The position numbers and the translations under genes are program-made. The notes beneath the pieces are model-generated. The model saw only the letters and a program-made list of their open reading frames with translations, did no database searches and was not told the origin of the DNA. Positions 25,250 through 39,365 of a stretch of DNA of 64,000 nucleotides are shown here, piece after piece; position 1 is the stretch's first letter, and each line of letters starts with the position of its first letter. Origin of the DNA: Tubulanus polymorphus (lineage: Eukaryota > Animalia > Nemertea); NCBI RefSeq assembly GCF_964204645.1, contig NC_134028.1:13647653-13711652 (forward strand), read 5' to 3'.

Positions 25250-27857
25250 TAAGTCGAAACATGTGAACAGAAAATAAAACTTTGATGTCAGGACCAGTAT
25301 GGAATTACACAACGACAATTGGCTTTAAACTCAACAAACATTATTAAAGAATGTTTCAAACAGAATGCTTTATATAACAACATGAATAAACTTGTTATAC
25401 AAAACAAGAAAGTACATCTTGAACTTTTGAATGGTCGAATCCCATTTATTCACAGTAACCTGTAATTTTGCGATTCTCGGAGCCATCTTTCTTGATGACG
25501 TCACTAACAAGTGGTCACGGCCGTACGCGTGCACTCATTTCTTTGACAATCTAGCAAGCGGGTAGACTGGTCGCCTGTCCAATTCTGCACCACCTGCATT
25601 CGCAGTCAGAATAGTGTCAGTCTAACTGAAGGTAGAGGACGGCAACCAGTCTAGCGAGCGTGCACCGGTGCCCGCACGCTAATACGCGGAGCGGGACCAC
25701 GTGACGCTGCGCCCCGCCCCCTTCGCGCTGAGAACTCGTGTTTACGGGCCTTAAACACTAGCAATGACTGTCGCTTATTCTCAGACCTTATAGAAATATC
25801 TAATTCCCAGTCACGAGAGACAGGTTCTAAAGATCATAGAGTGCATCGCTGGAGGGTTTCCGATCCATATAATTGAATTTGAATTGGCGCGGTGGCGCTC
25901 TCAATGCGGAAGCTTTTGTCATTCCGAATTTTCCAGTCGGCGACGGACGCTTATCGCTGTAAGAAATGTAATATGTGAAATAAATTGCCCATGGGCAAAG
26001 TGTGGTATACCTTGAAAGCTAGAGCTAAAAACAAATTGTTCACCTTTGGGCTTTTTTACGTGGAAACAATATCGCAAAAAAATCATCTACGTCGTGCACG
26101 GGAAATTTGTCAGCGTAGATTTCAAGAATTATTCTAAAATTATAACTTCGTCCAGAGCGTGATCTCTGTGTTAAAATTGAAACAGTACATTGAATATGTG
26201 CGCGCTTTTAAATTACCAGCTTTAATACAGTCACTATTAGAATGAATGGCAGCTTATTGGACCACTGCCAGTTTCTTGGAAACTTAAACTAGGCCACATG
26301 TCAAGGCATGTTTTCACACGATGCACACTAGAATTCAAACGAACGTAACTCATAGTCGGTCGGCCGTTTTTATCAAAAATAAAATTTATTTCAATGAATC
26401 CCAGAAAAAAGTTTTCACTCGGTACCTCTGAAGTCTGGTTGGTCGGGTTACGACAAACAGACCATTATTTTGGGGTTGGCCTAAAATTCACATGATGTCA
26501 CATATCACAGGGTGGCTGAATATTGGGTCTTGGAAACCTCTTCCAATGTTGGCCACGGAAGCTAAAATACCGGTACAGAAGAAATCGACTATTAGATCGT
26601 TTTAAATCCAGGAATTTACCACTACAATATTCAGACCTCGACAGACCTCATAGTTTGCTGCTTAGTATTTTCAGGTCACAAGAAATAACAATTTATTACA
26701 AATTCTATCGAACAGAAAACACAGCGCTCATCTTCTGCTACGATTATTCAGCCTATTTTCAAGTAAAACGTCACGGGTTGCAGCATCACCGTAGTGTACT
26801 GTACGAGCTTGTGTGTGCGTGGTGTAGCACTCCGCGTGCATGTGGAGGCCTTGTGTAAGTGAATATTCGCTTACACCTCAATGTCAATCAAAACAATCAC
26901 CGGGTATTAAAATGAAACAATACCTATGGCAGATGAGTTAAATAATTACATCCTCACCTGCACTGAGCATTTGAAATCGGCACGTATACGGCACCTAGTC
27001 CAATGAAACGTACGCCATTCTATAGCTTTCCCGTAATAATTTTAGTAGCGCCGGAATTCCCCGTATATCCCAAAAACAGCGAATCCCATTCGCTCGTAGA
27101 GACGACGCCCCCCAATCGAGGTCATTGCAATTTTATACGCGAGAGCTAAGAATTCTCCCGCCAAAAACAGTTTTTCGTAGAATTTTAACTCAATTGACCA
27201 TGTCATCGACGAAGGTTCGCCATGTCTTCAATCGCATCGATTATACGTCGTTTAAGCCGAGAACCAATGAAACAAATGCTCACAAAACGTACCGCGAAAA
27301 CGTAAAAAACGTACCGCGATTTTACATGAATTGGCTCAATGCCAACATCATATAGCTGACAAAGGTAAAACAAAAAATACAGGGAAACCTATCTCAATTT
27401 GTTTTTAGCGATGCAGCCGAACTAATAAGAAACATTTTGATATATAACATGACCATAGTACACTATCCCTGATGGAATAATGAGCTCCACTCGACAAACT
27501 CGTTCCCGTGCATTTTATCTCTGTTTCAGCACACTACCATCAATGCCCAATCTGTTCGACCAATTTTGGGCGTTTTCCTTTGAAATATAAGCCTCATCGT
27601 AAAAGATAGCATTAATCTAAGTTCATGCTGCATCTTTATCATGAAACCTAAGAAAGATTATTATATTATTTAGGCCTATTCAAATTTTCTGTCCACTACC
27701 ACGTGGAAAAAAGACCCAGTGAAAATTGTGCATCCACTTTGACGAAGCAATTGATTCTAGGCTATAAATTTTACGACTCAAACGAATCTTTTTCTGAAAA
27801 AAGCCGCTTTTAGTTTGATGCAAAATGTCATTTGCTTTTAAAAATGTGTAACTAGGC

Positions 27858-28084
27858 CTAAGGCTAAAAAAAATTGATACCTTGTTTCTCCGCTCTGCTG
27901 AGCTTAAATGTTGACCCGGCCGGCCGCCTATCTACCCTATACATTACTTTTTTTAAAATCATGATCAATTTTACCATAACAGACCCGGCCGCTATAGAAG
28001 TGATCTGTTTACAAATTTTATCATATTTTACAAAAATGACCCGGCCGCTGCGGAGAAACAAGGTATCATTTTTGTTTAGCCTAA
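27858..28084. mobile_element. MITE
   Basis: TIR aggctaaa...gataccttgtttctccgc / gcggagaaacaaggtatc...tttagcct; internal gacccggccg repeats. Confidence 0.65.
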
Positions 28085-29712
28085 TCAAAAGGATATTTCA
28101 AAGCAAACTTTGCCGGGCCAAGAACCATATTGAATTCAATTTTTTCTGAACCACCATGCCCCTTTCATCATAACATAATTTATCGTATTTCAAGATCTTA
28201 GGCCTACCAGTAGAGAGAGGGCCTACGTTGGGTTCAAATCAGAATTTTAAGATTTATTTCATTTAATTCCAGGTTTTCACTGTAGATTATTAAAGACATG
28301 TGGCGTTGTGAGAGTTCATAGTTGTTTGATAATCCATCGTTTGTAAGTGTAAGGCTATTTGAGGGATTCGAAATGGACATTTTGTAGCTTTATTACGTTT
28401 AATTCTAGAAATTCATGACATGGTTCATTTTGGGGGTTTGTCATATGTATTGTGAATTTTTTAGTTGTATTTTGTTTGATTCTAGGTGTTTATCATGAAT
28501 AGGACATGATTCATTTTGGGAGTTTGTCTGCGAGTTTGTATACTGTCAAATGAAGTTTCTTCGTCGTAAGTATCAATCTATAGGTTATATATTAGGGGTT
28601 CGATACAGAAATTTTGTGAATTCCTCAGATTTATTTTAATTCATTCCAGGTTGTTATCAGAAAAATATGTACTTTATTTCATAGGTTGGTCTTTGATTGA
28701 AAACTAAAAATGGATGATAGTTCTTAATTTGATGTTGATTCACATGACTCTAGTAAGTATGGCTCACTCGTCTTTTAGAATTAGAGACCTATTGAATTAA
28801 TCCTTCAATTCAAGTTGCTATACAACCTTTTATACAGATATACCTTATGAATATAAACATGTATTTGCCATTAGCCATAAAATTCAGTAAAACTTTTCCC
28901 GTCCAGATTTTGAAACATCATTTGACTCAATTTTTCCTCCTAGAAAATTGCTTTAGCTCATTCCAATGTTCGCAGTCAATGTGAATTGTAGCATGTATGA
29001 TTCCCATCCATCAATTTTGTCTTGTTTGGTATTTTTAGCGAGATCATCTCGAAAAAGTCTGACGTCGAGGCAGGTGGTGGCCAGAAAAAGAAATATTCTT
29101 GGGAAATATTTAAAGACGCATGGCAAACACACTTATTGTACACTTTTTTCCTATCCTTATTTTTAAATTGAAGTATTGTTATAAACTATTGATTTATTTT
29201 TGTTGATCAACGCAACTAGTTTTGTTGTTTTCTTTCTTAATTTACATTTGATTTGGATGGTCATCTTGCGTAGGAGTCAGTTTGTCATTGAAGCAGTCTA
29301 ACTTGTTGACGTCTCAGATGCAGCGGGGCAGGGCGGTCATTATATTGTGGACTTATCCAAATTACACTTACACAGCCCAACGTGTATTTCCGTCGAGTAC
29401 TGTACCCTTTCCTATGGTTTTTGCCAATATTTTCTAAATTTGGATTGATCGCCAATGGTTTTTCTTTACGACCCGGCCCTGCGGTATTGCATTTAGCCAC
29501 CGGAGAAATCCGCCATCTTTTTTCTTGACGTTCTAGCTTTCAGAACGCGTTGGATTTTTTCGCCATAAAAATCTAGTAATAAGGAATATAAGGGAGTTAT
29601 CACTCTCATAACGGTGAGTCCGTTCGGTTTGAGGGTTATCCCTGGTTTCTATTTTTCCGTAATAATTTTATTTACAAATATAATTGAATCGAATTGAATT
29701 GAATTTATTATT

Positions 29713-31860
29713 GTGACAGAAATAATTATGCCACCCCCTCCTAAGGGTCAACATCGTGGCGGTGAGGGATGTGGGCATTTGTGTCGGTGCCTGGGACAAT
29801 CAAGATTCGAGTGCGTCGTGCAGGCGCAAATCTGTGCAAGGAGTAATCCTTGCAAGATTTGCGCGGTGTGGTCCGAGGACCTTTGGCTTCGGGCCGATAA
29901 GGCTCTGAAGCCAAGAGATCGTCGTCGAGTTAATAGAAGGGATTCGTCGGTTTCGGCCGACGTGCCAACCGACGTCTCTAATTCTATTTCTGATAGTATA
30001 GCGGAGCGGTAGCCGATCGTTCTGGTACGATCGGCTTCCCAATTCCGTTCACCGGGGAGGAACGCCGGTTAACCGGCACCGGTCTCCGGTCATTCACCGG
30101 TCGTTGGTCGTTCACCGATTCGGTAGTCGGGATCGGCCGGCATCGGTTCGGTCGGTACCGGTCCGGTCCGGTTCGGGCACCGGTCCGGTCCACACGTCAT
30201 CCGGTTCAAAACTTCCGGTTCGTACATCGTCTGATTCTGATCGTCGCTCCGGGGATAGAGCTCGCTCTCCCACTAGATCCAAACGCCGTGAGCGTAATAA
30301 ACGCGCAAGGTCTCCTTCTCGCAGATCAAGGTTTGATCGCGAGAGGGATTACGATCGTTATTGCAGGAAGTTCCGCCTTCGGTCTTCTCATCGTTAGTCG
30401 ACGTCGGTTAGCGATGAAGGCGATTCTTCTAGTAGGTCTCGATCCCGTTCGAGGGACCGTCACCGAAGTCGGCATGATCGTCGGGATACGGGAAAAGTCC
30501 TGACTCAGAAGGATTTCCATGTATTTGAAGAGAAAATTTTTAACTTGTTACCATCGTCACAGCAAGTCACTGCAACCTCTACAACAGGTAAGCCTATTCC
30601 TGATTGTCCAGTTAGAAGTTCGCGAGCCCATTCAGTTGTTCGGAATTCTGACACTGAATTCCTGGATGCTGGGGTAGGGTCTGATTTCAATGAGGATCCG
30701 GTCCCAGAAGCGGCAATTTCTTCTGGTGTCGTTCTTGTCGCGAGCAATTTTGGGTTGCCCAATAGGACGGGGACTTCCCTGGCTCGCAATGTATCTCCGT
30801 CCCGTTTAGTTTTATCCGAACCAGCGGGGGACATGCCATTTAGAGCGATGATTAGTGAGTTTTTTGTCAAACACGGGGCAACTCGCGCTTAGCCCACAGC
30901 AGCTCCTCTGGTCGGTGAGTCAATGGAAGCTTATCGCCCTCCGGATTCCGATCTTAACGTTTTACGGGAATCGTCAGCGGTTTCAAGAGAATGGGCTCGA
31001 TTGGATACGCAATTATGGGGTGAATGTCGCCCTGGAACGTTTTCGTTTCCCCCTCCAGAACGGGGTATAAAATCTGGGAAATATTTTGGTTCAACCGATC
31101 CACCTATAGGCGCATTTCGCTCGGCGTATTTACGCAACTCCAGGTGTTGTGGATCACAGTCATAGCTGCCGGGATGCTGATAATACTTTGATCAGCCCGG
31201 ATACTGTTTCAGCACAGTCGGGTATTCGTTTGCCTAAGTCCGGTTTGGTGGCCATGACGTCAATCCTGGACAATCTTACCAGGGTTGGTTCGTTTCAGGA
31301 TATGGCACTTAAGGTGTTGACGGGTGAGCTTCGCGAGACTCACGCCGCCGCAGTTCCTAAAACTGGAGGGAATGGACCGGATTATCCAATTTTTGGCTCG
31401 GTCTGTTTCACATGTAATTCCGTTGTCGGTTCGGGGTCAGGCGTATTTTGTGTTAGCCTCCCGTCAGTCAGTTATGGACTCCATTTCCAAAGCTCGTCTA
31501 CCGGATATGGTGTCCAATGCTTTGCTGAGAACTCTATTGGGGACGTCTTCACGTCTCTTCTCCGATTGGTGCGCTCCTGTTTCCGCCGAGCTGAGGAAGA
31601 TTCGGTAGGTCCAGACCATGTCCACCGTCCGAACTCCGTGGAAAAAGCGTTCTGGTCCGACGCCGGCGGCGCAAGGTTCGGCACGGACGCAAACAGGACC
31701 AACTCAAACTTCAGCGTTTTCTCAGGCGGCAACGGATGCCGGTTGGAGAACTAGCGCTCAACTTCAACAATCGTGTCAAGCCTCGTCCAGTCGTAACAGT
31801 TCCAGTTCGTATCGAGGCAAGGGGAAGGCTCTAAAAAGGGGCTATTCCTTTCGGAAAAAC
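29713..31860 (+). pseudogene. DIRS gag-like ORF1 (frameshifted)
   Basis: N-terminal Cys cluster (CARSNPCKICAVWSEDLW) and Arg/Ser-rich low-complexity region, located before RT. Confidence 0.65.
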
Positions 31861-32090
31861 TCGAATGAATTCTCGGGACCAGTGGGAGGTTGTCTGCAGC
31901 AGGCAGCAACCCGCTGGTCCGACCTTTTCGGAGACGGTTGGCCCTCCCGGGTCGTCTCTCGTGGCTACCGTCTCCGTTTCCTAAGGCGACTGCGCCTGAC
32001 GAGGTCACCTCCCGACATGCGGCCAAAACAAGGTCAGGAGGCCTTAATCACTCCGGCTCTCAAGGAATTGGCCGAGAAGGGAGCGATAGA
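31860..32090 (+). pseudogene. DIRS RT 5' part, cut by the Polinton
   Basis: PVGGCLQ...W...VVSRGYRLRF...ELAEKGAIE, continuing at 49089 as PVCNETSPGWFSRIFMVPK. Confidence 0.9.
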
Positions 32091-32175
32091 AGTAATTGGA
32101 AAAGTAGGCTTTCATACCAGAGGACGAGAGGACGAGACACCACTCATCACCACAAGTAATTTTTTTTCCTAATAA

Positions 32176-35100
32176 ATGGGAGAGAATGAACACCAGCCAG
32201 AAAATAATAATGTTAATAAAAATCAATATTATTGCCAATATTGTAAAAAATACGTCGATACATCTAATAAAACACGACATGAAAAAACTGCAAATCATAT
32301 AAAAAATGTAATAGATTTTGAAACTCCAGAAAATTCCAATGAAAGAAAAGAAAGATTAGAAAATATGAATGCGGATGAAATAAAATGTGAAGTTTGTAAT
32401 GAATTTTTAGTAAAAAGGAATTATAATAGACATCTCGAATCACAAAAACATTATAAAAATTTAAATAAAAATGTTTTAGGATCAGAATATTTTGATGATA
32501 AACCTCAACAAGTAAAAAAATCAACTTCAAAAACTAAATCCATTTCAAATAAACCTTACATGGAAAATGTTAGAAATTATATCGATACAATATCGATAAA
32601 ATTGAAATTTTAGAAACATTACATAGAAAAATTGGTCCTGCAGCCATTATATTTAGATTTTTTAAAGGTACAACAATAGAAGATTATAGTACATTTAATG
32701 AAATAATAGAAAAAAAATACTAGATTTGATAACAGATGTTGAATATCCAAAAGTTAGTATCTCTGGGAAAGTAAGTTTTATAAAGTCAGAAGAAAAAATG
32801 AATTATAATATTCAAACACACTCTGAAGAAATAATTTCAAAAACACAAATAAAAGAGAAGTTAGAAAAAATATTTAATGAATTTAAACGTCATATTGAAG
32901 AAAGATATTTTGAGGGTTCTGGCTTAACATTGAATGAAATTATATATTTAGATTTAAATGTTTATAATACAAAAAGAAATAAAACATCAAAAAGTGATAA
33001 AATGTTTAAAAATGATTTGCAACAAAAGCAGTAATAAATGTTCAAAATGAAGATAATAAATGTTTTCTATGGTCAATCATTAGTTGTTTACACCCAACAG
33101 AAGATATGACGCATAGTTTAAGAATAACAAATTACCGGAAATATGAAACATTATATAAAATTGATCAATATCCAGTAACTATAAAAATGATTCCTAAAAT
33201 AGAAAAAGTTAATAATTTAAAAATAAATGTATTCGAATTAATGCAATTACCAAAGACAAAAGGTGAAAATATTAAAGATTATACATTGGAAGCTTTATAT
33301 TTAACAGAATATTATGATGATGAAAATGCTATAGATTTGTTATATTACAAAAAAGATGAAAATGAACATTATATGTGGTTAAAACCAATTGATTTATTCT
33401 TTAGAACAGAAAGTGATCACCATAATAAAATTTATCTATGTAGAAAATGTTTATCTAAATTTATGACTGAGAATACATTATTAAAACATAAAGAATTATG
33501 TGATAATAAAGATTTTTGTAAATTAATAATGCCAACAAAAAAAGATTGTAAGTTGAAATTTACTAATCATAAATTTAAGAATATTGTTCCATTTGTAATT
33601 TATGGGGATTTTGAATCGTTGAATAAAGAATTAACTGATCAAGATAGAAAAGAAATATATAACAAAAAGCAATTATTAAAATCAATGGATAAAGGAAATG
33701 AATTAAATGAAGATATAATTCAAGACCCACCAATTATAAATACAATTAAAAAAGTTCATCAAAGAGCTGCTGCTTATGGAATTTACATAAAATCAAATTA
33801 TCCTGAATTATATGAAAGTCAATATATTTCTTTTAGAGGTGAAAATGTAGTTAATGATTTTTGTGACAAAATGATTGAATTAAAAAGTGATTTTGCAAAA
33901 TTATTAAACAAAAATAAAAGAATAGTTATGACAAAAGAAGATGAAATTGATTTTAATTATGCAACTCATTGTTGTTATTGTGAAAAACGTTTTTATTCAT
34001 TTGATAAAAAAGTTACAGATCATGATCATTTAAATTCAAAATATCGTGGAGCTGCTCATGAAGATTGCAATTTACAAGCTAAAAAAGTAAATTTCGTTCC
34101 AATATTATTTCATAATTTATCCGGCTATGATACCCATCTATTTATAAAACAATTATCAAAGAAATTGGGTACAATTAATCAAGAAATAGAAGAATATAAT
34201 GCTATGAATGAAGCAAATGTAAGAAAATATGATTTTAAACTATTAGCTAAAACATCTGAAAATTATATTTCATTTCAATTTGGTTGCATTAGATTTTTAG
34301 ATTCTTATAGATTTCTAGCAAGTTCATTAGATAATTTATCAAAAAGTTTAGTTGATAATGATTTTGTTATAACTCGATATTATTATCCAAATGACCAAGA
34401 TTTTAAATTATTGAGATATTAAGGCACAATTCCTTATTCATTTTATAAAACACACAATGATCTAATGTAACAGAATTATTAAAAGATCAATTTTATGATC
34501 AATTAAAAGAGGAGTATGTGAAAGACGAAGTGTTTAATAGAACATTAAATATTGGAACCATTTTAAGATGAAAAATCATGGTGAATTAGTTGATTTATAT
34601 TTAAAATCAGATGTTATGATATTAGCTGACATATTTGAAAAATTTAGAGAAGTTAATTTGAATCATTTTAATGTTGATCCTTGTTATTGCTACTCTAGTC
34701 CTGGTTTAACCTGGCAATGTGGTTTAAAATATACAAATGTAGAATTAGATTTATTAAAAGAAACAGATATTGTTTTATTATTTGAAAAATCAATTAGAGG
34801 TGGAATTAGTGGTGTTATGGGAGATATTTTAAAGCAAATGATGAATATAAACTATTATATATTGACGCCAATAATTTATATGGTTGGCCAATGATGCAAC
34901 CTCAACCATATAAAAATTTTATATTAACAGAAGTTGAAAATGATGATAAAACTAATTGGAAAAGCGCAGTAATGAGTTTAGAAGATGAAGCACCAATTGG
35001 TTATTTCTTTGTAGTTGATTAAGAATATCCTGAAAATATAAAGTTTAAAACAAGAAACTTACCTTATTGCCCAGAACATTTAACTGTAGATGATAGTTAT

Positions 35101-37179
35101 TTAAGTGAATACCAGAAGAAAATAAAACCGAAAGATCATGTTTTTACAGAAAAATTAATACTTACTCAAAATAATAAATACAATTATATTGTTCATTATA
35201 GAATGTTAAAATTTTATCTAAAACAAGGAATGAAATTAAAGAAAGTACATAGATATATTGAATTTAATCAATCGAAGTGGTTAGAAAAATATATAGATTT
35301 TAATACTCAACAGAGAACCATATCAAAAACAGATTTTGAAAAAGATTTCTTCAAATTAATGAATAATAGTTTTTATGGTAAAACATGTGAAAATATTAGA
35401 AATAGAAATGATATTGAATTAGTAAATAATTCTGAAAGATTAAGACATTTACAATCAAGTCCTAGACATTTAGGAAATAAAAGATTTGAAGATTATTTAA
35501 CAGCAGTTAAATTAAAAAGAACTTCAATGAAATTTAATAAACCAATATTTATAGGTTCAACTGTTTTAGAAATATCAAAATTATTAGTGTATGATTTTTA
35601 TTATAATGTTTTACAACCACTTTTTGGGGAAAAGCATATTGAAATATTATATTTTGATTCTGTAACAGCTGACACCCCAATATTATTAAAATGTAATAAT
35701 AAAATATTGGTAAGAAGATTTTCAGAAATAATTCCACAACAAAATGAATGTTATATTTCATATGGTGAAAAAGAATTAATACAAATAAATGGATTAATGG
35801 ATGTTTGGACAAGAAATGGATGGAAAAAATTAAAGAATATTATTAGGCATAAAACAAATAAGAAAATCTATAGAGTTAGAACTAAATTAGGATTTGTAGA
35901 TGTTACAGAAGATCATAGTTTAATAAAACAAAATGGTGATGAAATAAAACCAACTGATATAAAAATTGGAGATGAATTATTACATAAAAGATTTTTCCAA
36001 AGAATGAATCAAATGTCATTTGATGAAATTATTGATAATATTTATAATATAGAACCCAAAACATTAGAAGAAAAAGAATATTTTATCAAAGGATTTTTCA
36101 TGGGCGATGGTTCAGCAGGTGTGTATAATTATGTTTGGTGTAATAAATATTGTTGGTATTTATGCAATCAAGACTTAAAATTATTAGAAAGAATAAAGAA
36201 ATTCTGTGAAGAAGTTTATCCAAATAAAACATTTAAAATCATGGATGTTATGAAATCATCAGCAGTTTATAGAATACTTGTGAATAATCCTAAAGATTTT
36301 GCTATAAAATATAATGATGAATTCTATATTCATGCAATAGTAAAAAGTAATACTTCAACTAAAGAAAAGATAGTACCAGATTATGTATTAAATGCAAAAA
36401 ATAATTTAAGAAAATGGTTCTTCATTGGATTCTATGCCGCAGATGACACTACAAAATTTACAAAGGATAAAAAGATAACCTTTGCACAGAAAGGAAAAGT
36501 TGCTATATCAGGATTGAATATATTATGTAATTCATTAGGCTTCAATATGAATATTCGGTTGATTAAATCTAAACCAAATTGTTTTAATTTAAGGCATGTA
36601 GAAAAAGAATTAACAGAAGAAGTTAAAGATTTATTTGAAATATATAACCCAACTGACTATGTTTATGATTTATCAACAGATGATGGAACATTCAATTCTG
36701 GGTTCCCATTAATCCAAAAAAATACCGACAGTTACATACTAAAAATCAAGACAAATGACATAACAAAAGACTTAAAAACATTAAAACATCATTTTGATTT
36801 TAGCAATTATCCCAAAGATCATGAACTATTTAGCAATGATAATAAAAAGATTCCTGGTAAATTTAAAGATGAATTAGGGGGTGATGAAATGATTGAATTT
36901 GTTGGGATAAGAAGTAAAATGTATAGTTACAGAACAAAAGATCATGAAGCTAAAAAGTTAAAAGGAATAACAAAACATGTGGTTGATAAACATATAGAAT
37001 TTCAAGATTATATAAAGCGTTTATATAAATCAATTGTAATGAAACACAAAATGAATTGTTTAAGATCAGAAGATCATGAGATGTACATTAATGAAGTTGA
37101 AAAAACTAGTTTAAATCCATTTGATGATAAAAGGCATATTTTAGATGATGGTATAAAAACATTACCTTATGGTTATTAA
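32176..37179 (+). pseudogene. Protein-primed DNA polymerase B with N-terminal zinc fingers, OTU-like and endonuclease VII-like domains, and an intein; several stops and frameshifts
   Basis: C2H2-like fingers; DNKCFLWS at about 33050; YGDFES; DHDH...RGAAHEDCN; FHNLSGYD; FLDSYRF; DANNLYG; KLMNNSFYGKT; YFD/TDS; GKFKDE; KMYSY; FDDKR...TLPYGY. Confidence 0.95.
35659..36723 (+). mobile_element. Intein with LAGLIDADG homing endonuclease (355 aa) in pPolB motif C
   Basis: YFD|SVTADTPIL; block B VTEDHSL; FIKGFFMGDG and FIGFYAADD; block F VYDLSTDDGTF; end IQKN|TDS. Confidence 0.93.
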
Positions 37180-38492
37180 AACATAAAATCAATATCATCA
37201 TAATCGAAATCACTATTGGCTTCTTCATTTTCATTTAATTGTTCAGGTTCTTCTTCCATTCCATTTTTCTCATTTAAATAAAGTTCTATCTTGTTCCACA
37301 TTTCATCTCGCTCTCTTTGTTTCTTTTTGTTTGTTAATTCATCAAATGGAATTATAATATCTATGTTTAAATAACTTACAATCTTATTTAAAAAGAATTC
37401 ATAATTAATTGAATCTGTTATTCTATTTTCCAAATGATACAATAATATTTGTTTAAATATTTTTTTAATATTTTCCATATCTTCTTCTGTTAATTTAGGT
37501 TTTTCATAATAATCGTTAAATAATAAATATAAATACATTTTCTTTTCTTTTGTGTTAAATGTTGACGGAATAATTGTTTTTATAATATCTTTTTAAGTTA
37601 TTTCACCATTTTTATTTTCTATTATTTTCATTTTTTCAAGCCATTGCATATATTCTGGTGTATGATCTTCTATAGAAAATATTTTAAAAATTTCATCTAG
37701 ATAATTTAATTTTGGATCTATGAGAAAATTCCTAGTTTTTTCTTCACTCCATAAATTCTTTTGCCATCCACATTCATTACAAAATAACACAGTACCTTCT
37801 TGCCTTAAGGTCGCGTAACTACATTGGGGACATTTTCGTTTATAATTTATTGGTAATAGATCTTCATTAAGCTCTTGGTATTTTCTTACGTTTTCTTTAT
37901 GTTTTATTGTTCTATTATGTAGATTTGAATTACTTGTTGTAATAATCAATTTACAATATTTACAATAATATGTTTTTCTTGTTAATATATTATATTGTTT
38001 TTCTAACTTTTCAACTGTTTCTTTATTATCTGGTAACGTTTTCTCATATTTTATTTTTTCTAATAAATTATCTTTTCTTTCATTGAATTCAGTTTCAAAT
38101 TTATTAGAAATTTTATCTATATGTGCTTTACGAAATTGATGATTCTCCCAATCTTCTATATTTTCAGGGCTATATTTTATTCGACAAGGCTCACAGAAAT
38201 GATCTTTTATATTATCCTTGTCATAGAATAAGAAAGGTCTTTTCCAAATAACTTCAGGTTCAACTTCAACAGAATTACTATTACTTTCATTACTATCAAC
38301 ATTAGCCGTCGTGCCATTAATTTTACACTTCTCTGAATGTTTTTTAACATAATTTCTTGAGAATAATTTATCACATTTTGGGCAGTTTATTTTAGGGGGT
38401 TTATAATTTTCATCATGTTTTTTCGTATGTCGAGCCATATTACTTTTTCTTAGAAGTTCACCACAAATTTCACATGCTATCTTCTCATCCAT
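37176..38492 (-). CDS. Polinton multi-zinc-finger protein (ORFs 37593-38492 and 37176-37538 are probably one frameshifted gene)
   Basis: Repeated CxxC...H motifs (CEIC..RH..H, CPKC, CEPC, CKYC, CPQC..CNEC). Only the upstream ORF has the TAAATG start motif. Confidence 0.6.
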
Positions 38493-38560
38493 TTATTTAG
38501 GAAAAATTTTATTAAAATTAATTTTTAGTGATGAGCGGTAATTTTTTTATGTTATAAATA

Positions 38561-39349
38561 ATGGTAGAATTAAAAGAATACAGAATATTTGTTGATTCAA
38601 GAAGACTTACGAATTATAAATCACATGATTTATTAGTTCAATTAGATAGAGAATTTAAGAATTGTGTAGATTTAAAATTAGTTAATATAAGTTTATGTAA
38701 CTCTTTTTACAATATATCAGATAAAACTGATGAACATTGAAGCCTTTTTATTTTTGATAAGGATAAAAGAAAAAATTTTCAACTTATGCTTACACCAGGA
38801 TTATATAATTTAGAAACATTAGAGCAAGAAATTAATAGAAAAGCTCGCATTAGATAAGGTAGTGATTCTAAATTTAATATTAAATTCATAAAAAGTGAGA
38901 GCTCTAATAAAATTAAAATAAAGTTTGATAATGATTATTATAAACTTTATCAACATACAATAGAAAGATATCTTTACATGGTAAAAAAACCTATAGCTAA
39001 ACTGTTAGGAATTCCTCCAGATAAAGATATTAGAGAAAACATATACGGTAGATCGAACTTAATACCTTTTACACATTTTTATATTTATTGCAATTTAATT
39101 GACCCAACAAAAACATTTGAAGCAACTAAAGATATAACTTGTAATTCTAGTATATTAAATATTTTACCATTAAAAAATGTTAAACAATTTGGAACGCAAA
39201 TAAATTATAATTTAACAGAATGTGATTTTAAACCTTGCATTCCTAAATTTAATAATTTTAAATTAGAAATAAGAAATCATAATGGATACTTAATTGATTT
39301 GAATAACTTTCCTGTGATATATGAATTAATTATAAGATGTAAAGAGTAA
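38561..39349 (+). pseudogene. Probable minor capsid (penton) protein, frameshift near 38950
   Basis: IFVDSR...NSFYNI...PGLYN...FYIYCNLI...ILNILPL...LEIRNHNG.LIDL...V.YEL.IR, a Polinton penton-like pattern recognised by eye. Confidence 0.7.
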
Positions 39350-39365
39350 TTTTTTCATTATATAA

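Noticed and set aside
29800-32026. Many overlapping short ORFs on both strands
   Set aside because: Shadow frames of the GC-rich, frameshifted DIRS gag region.
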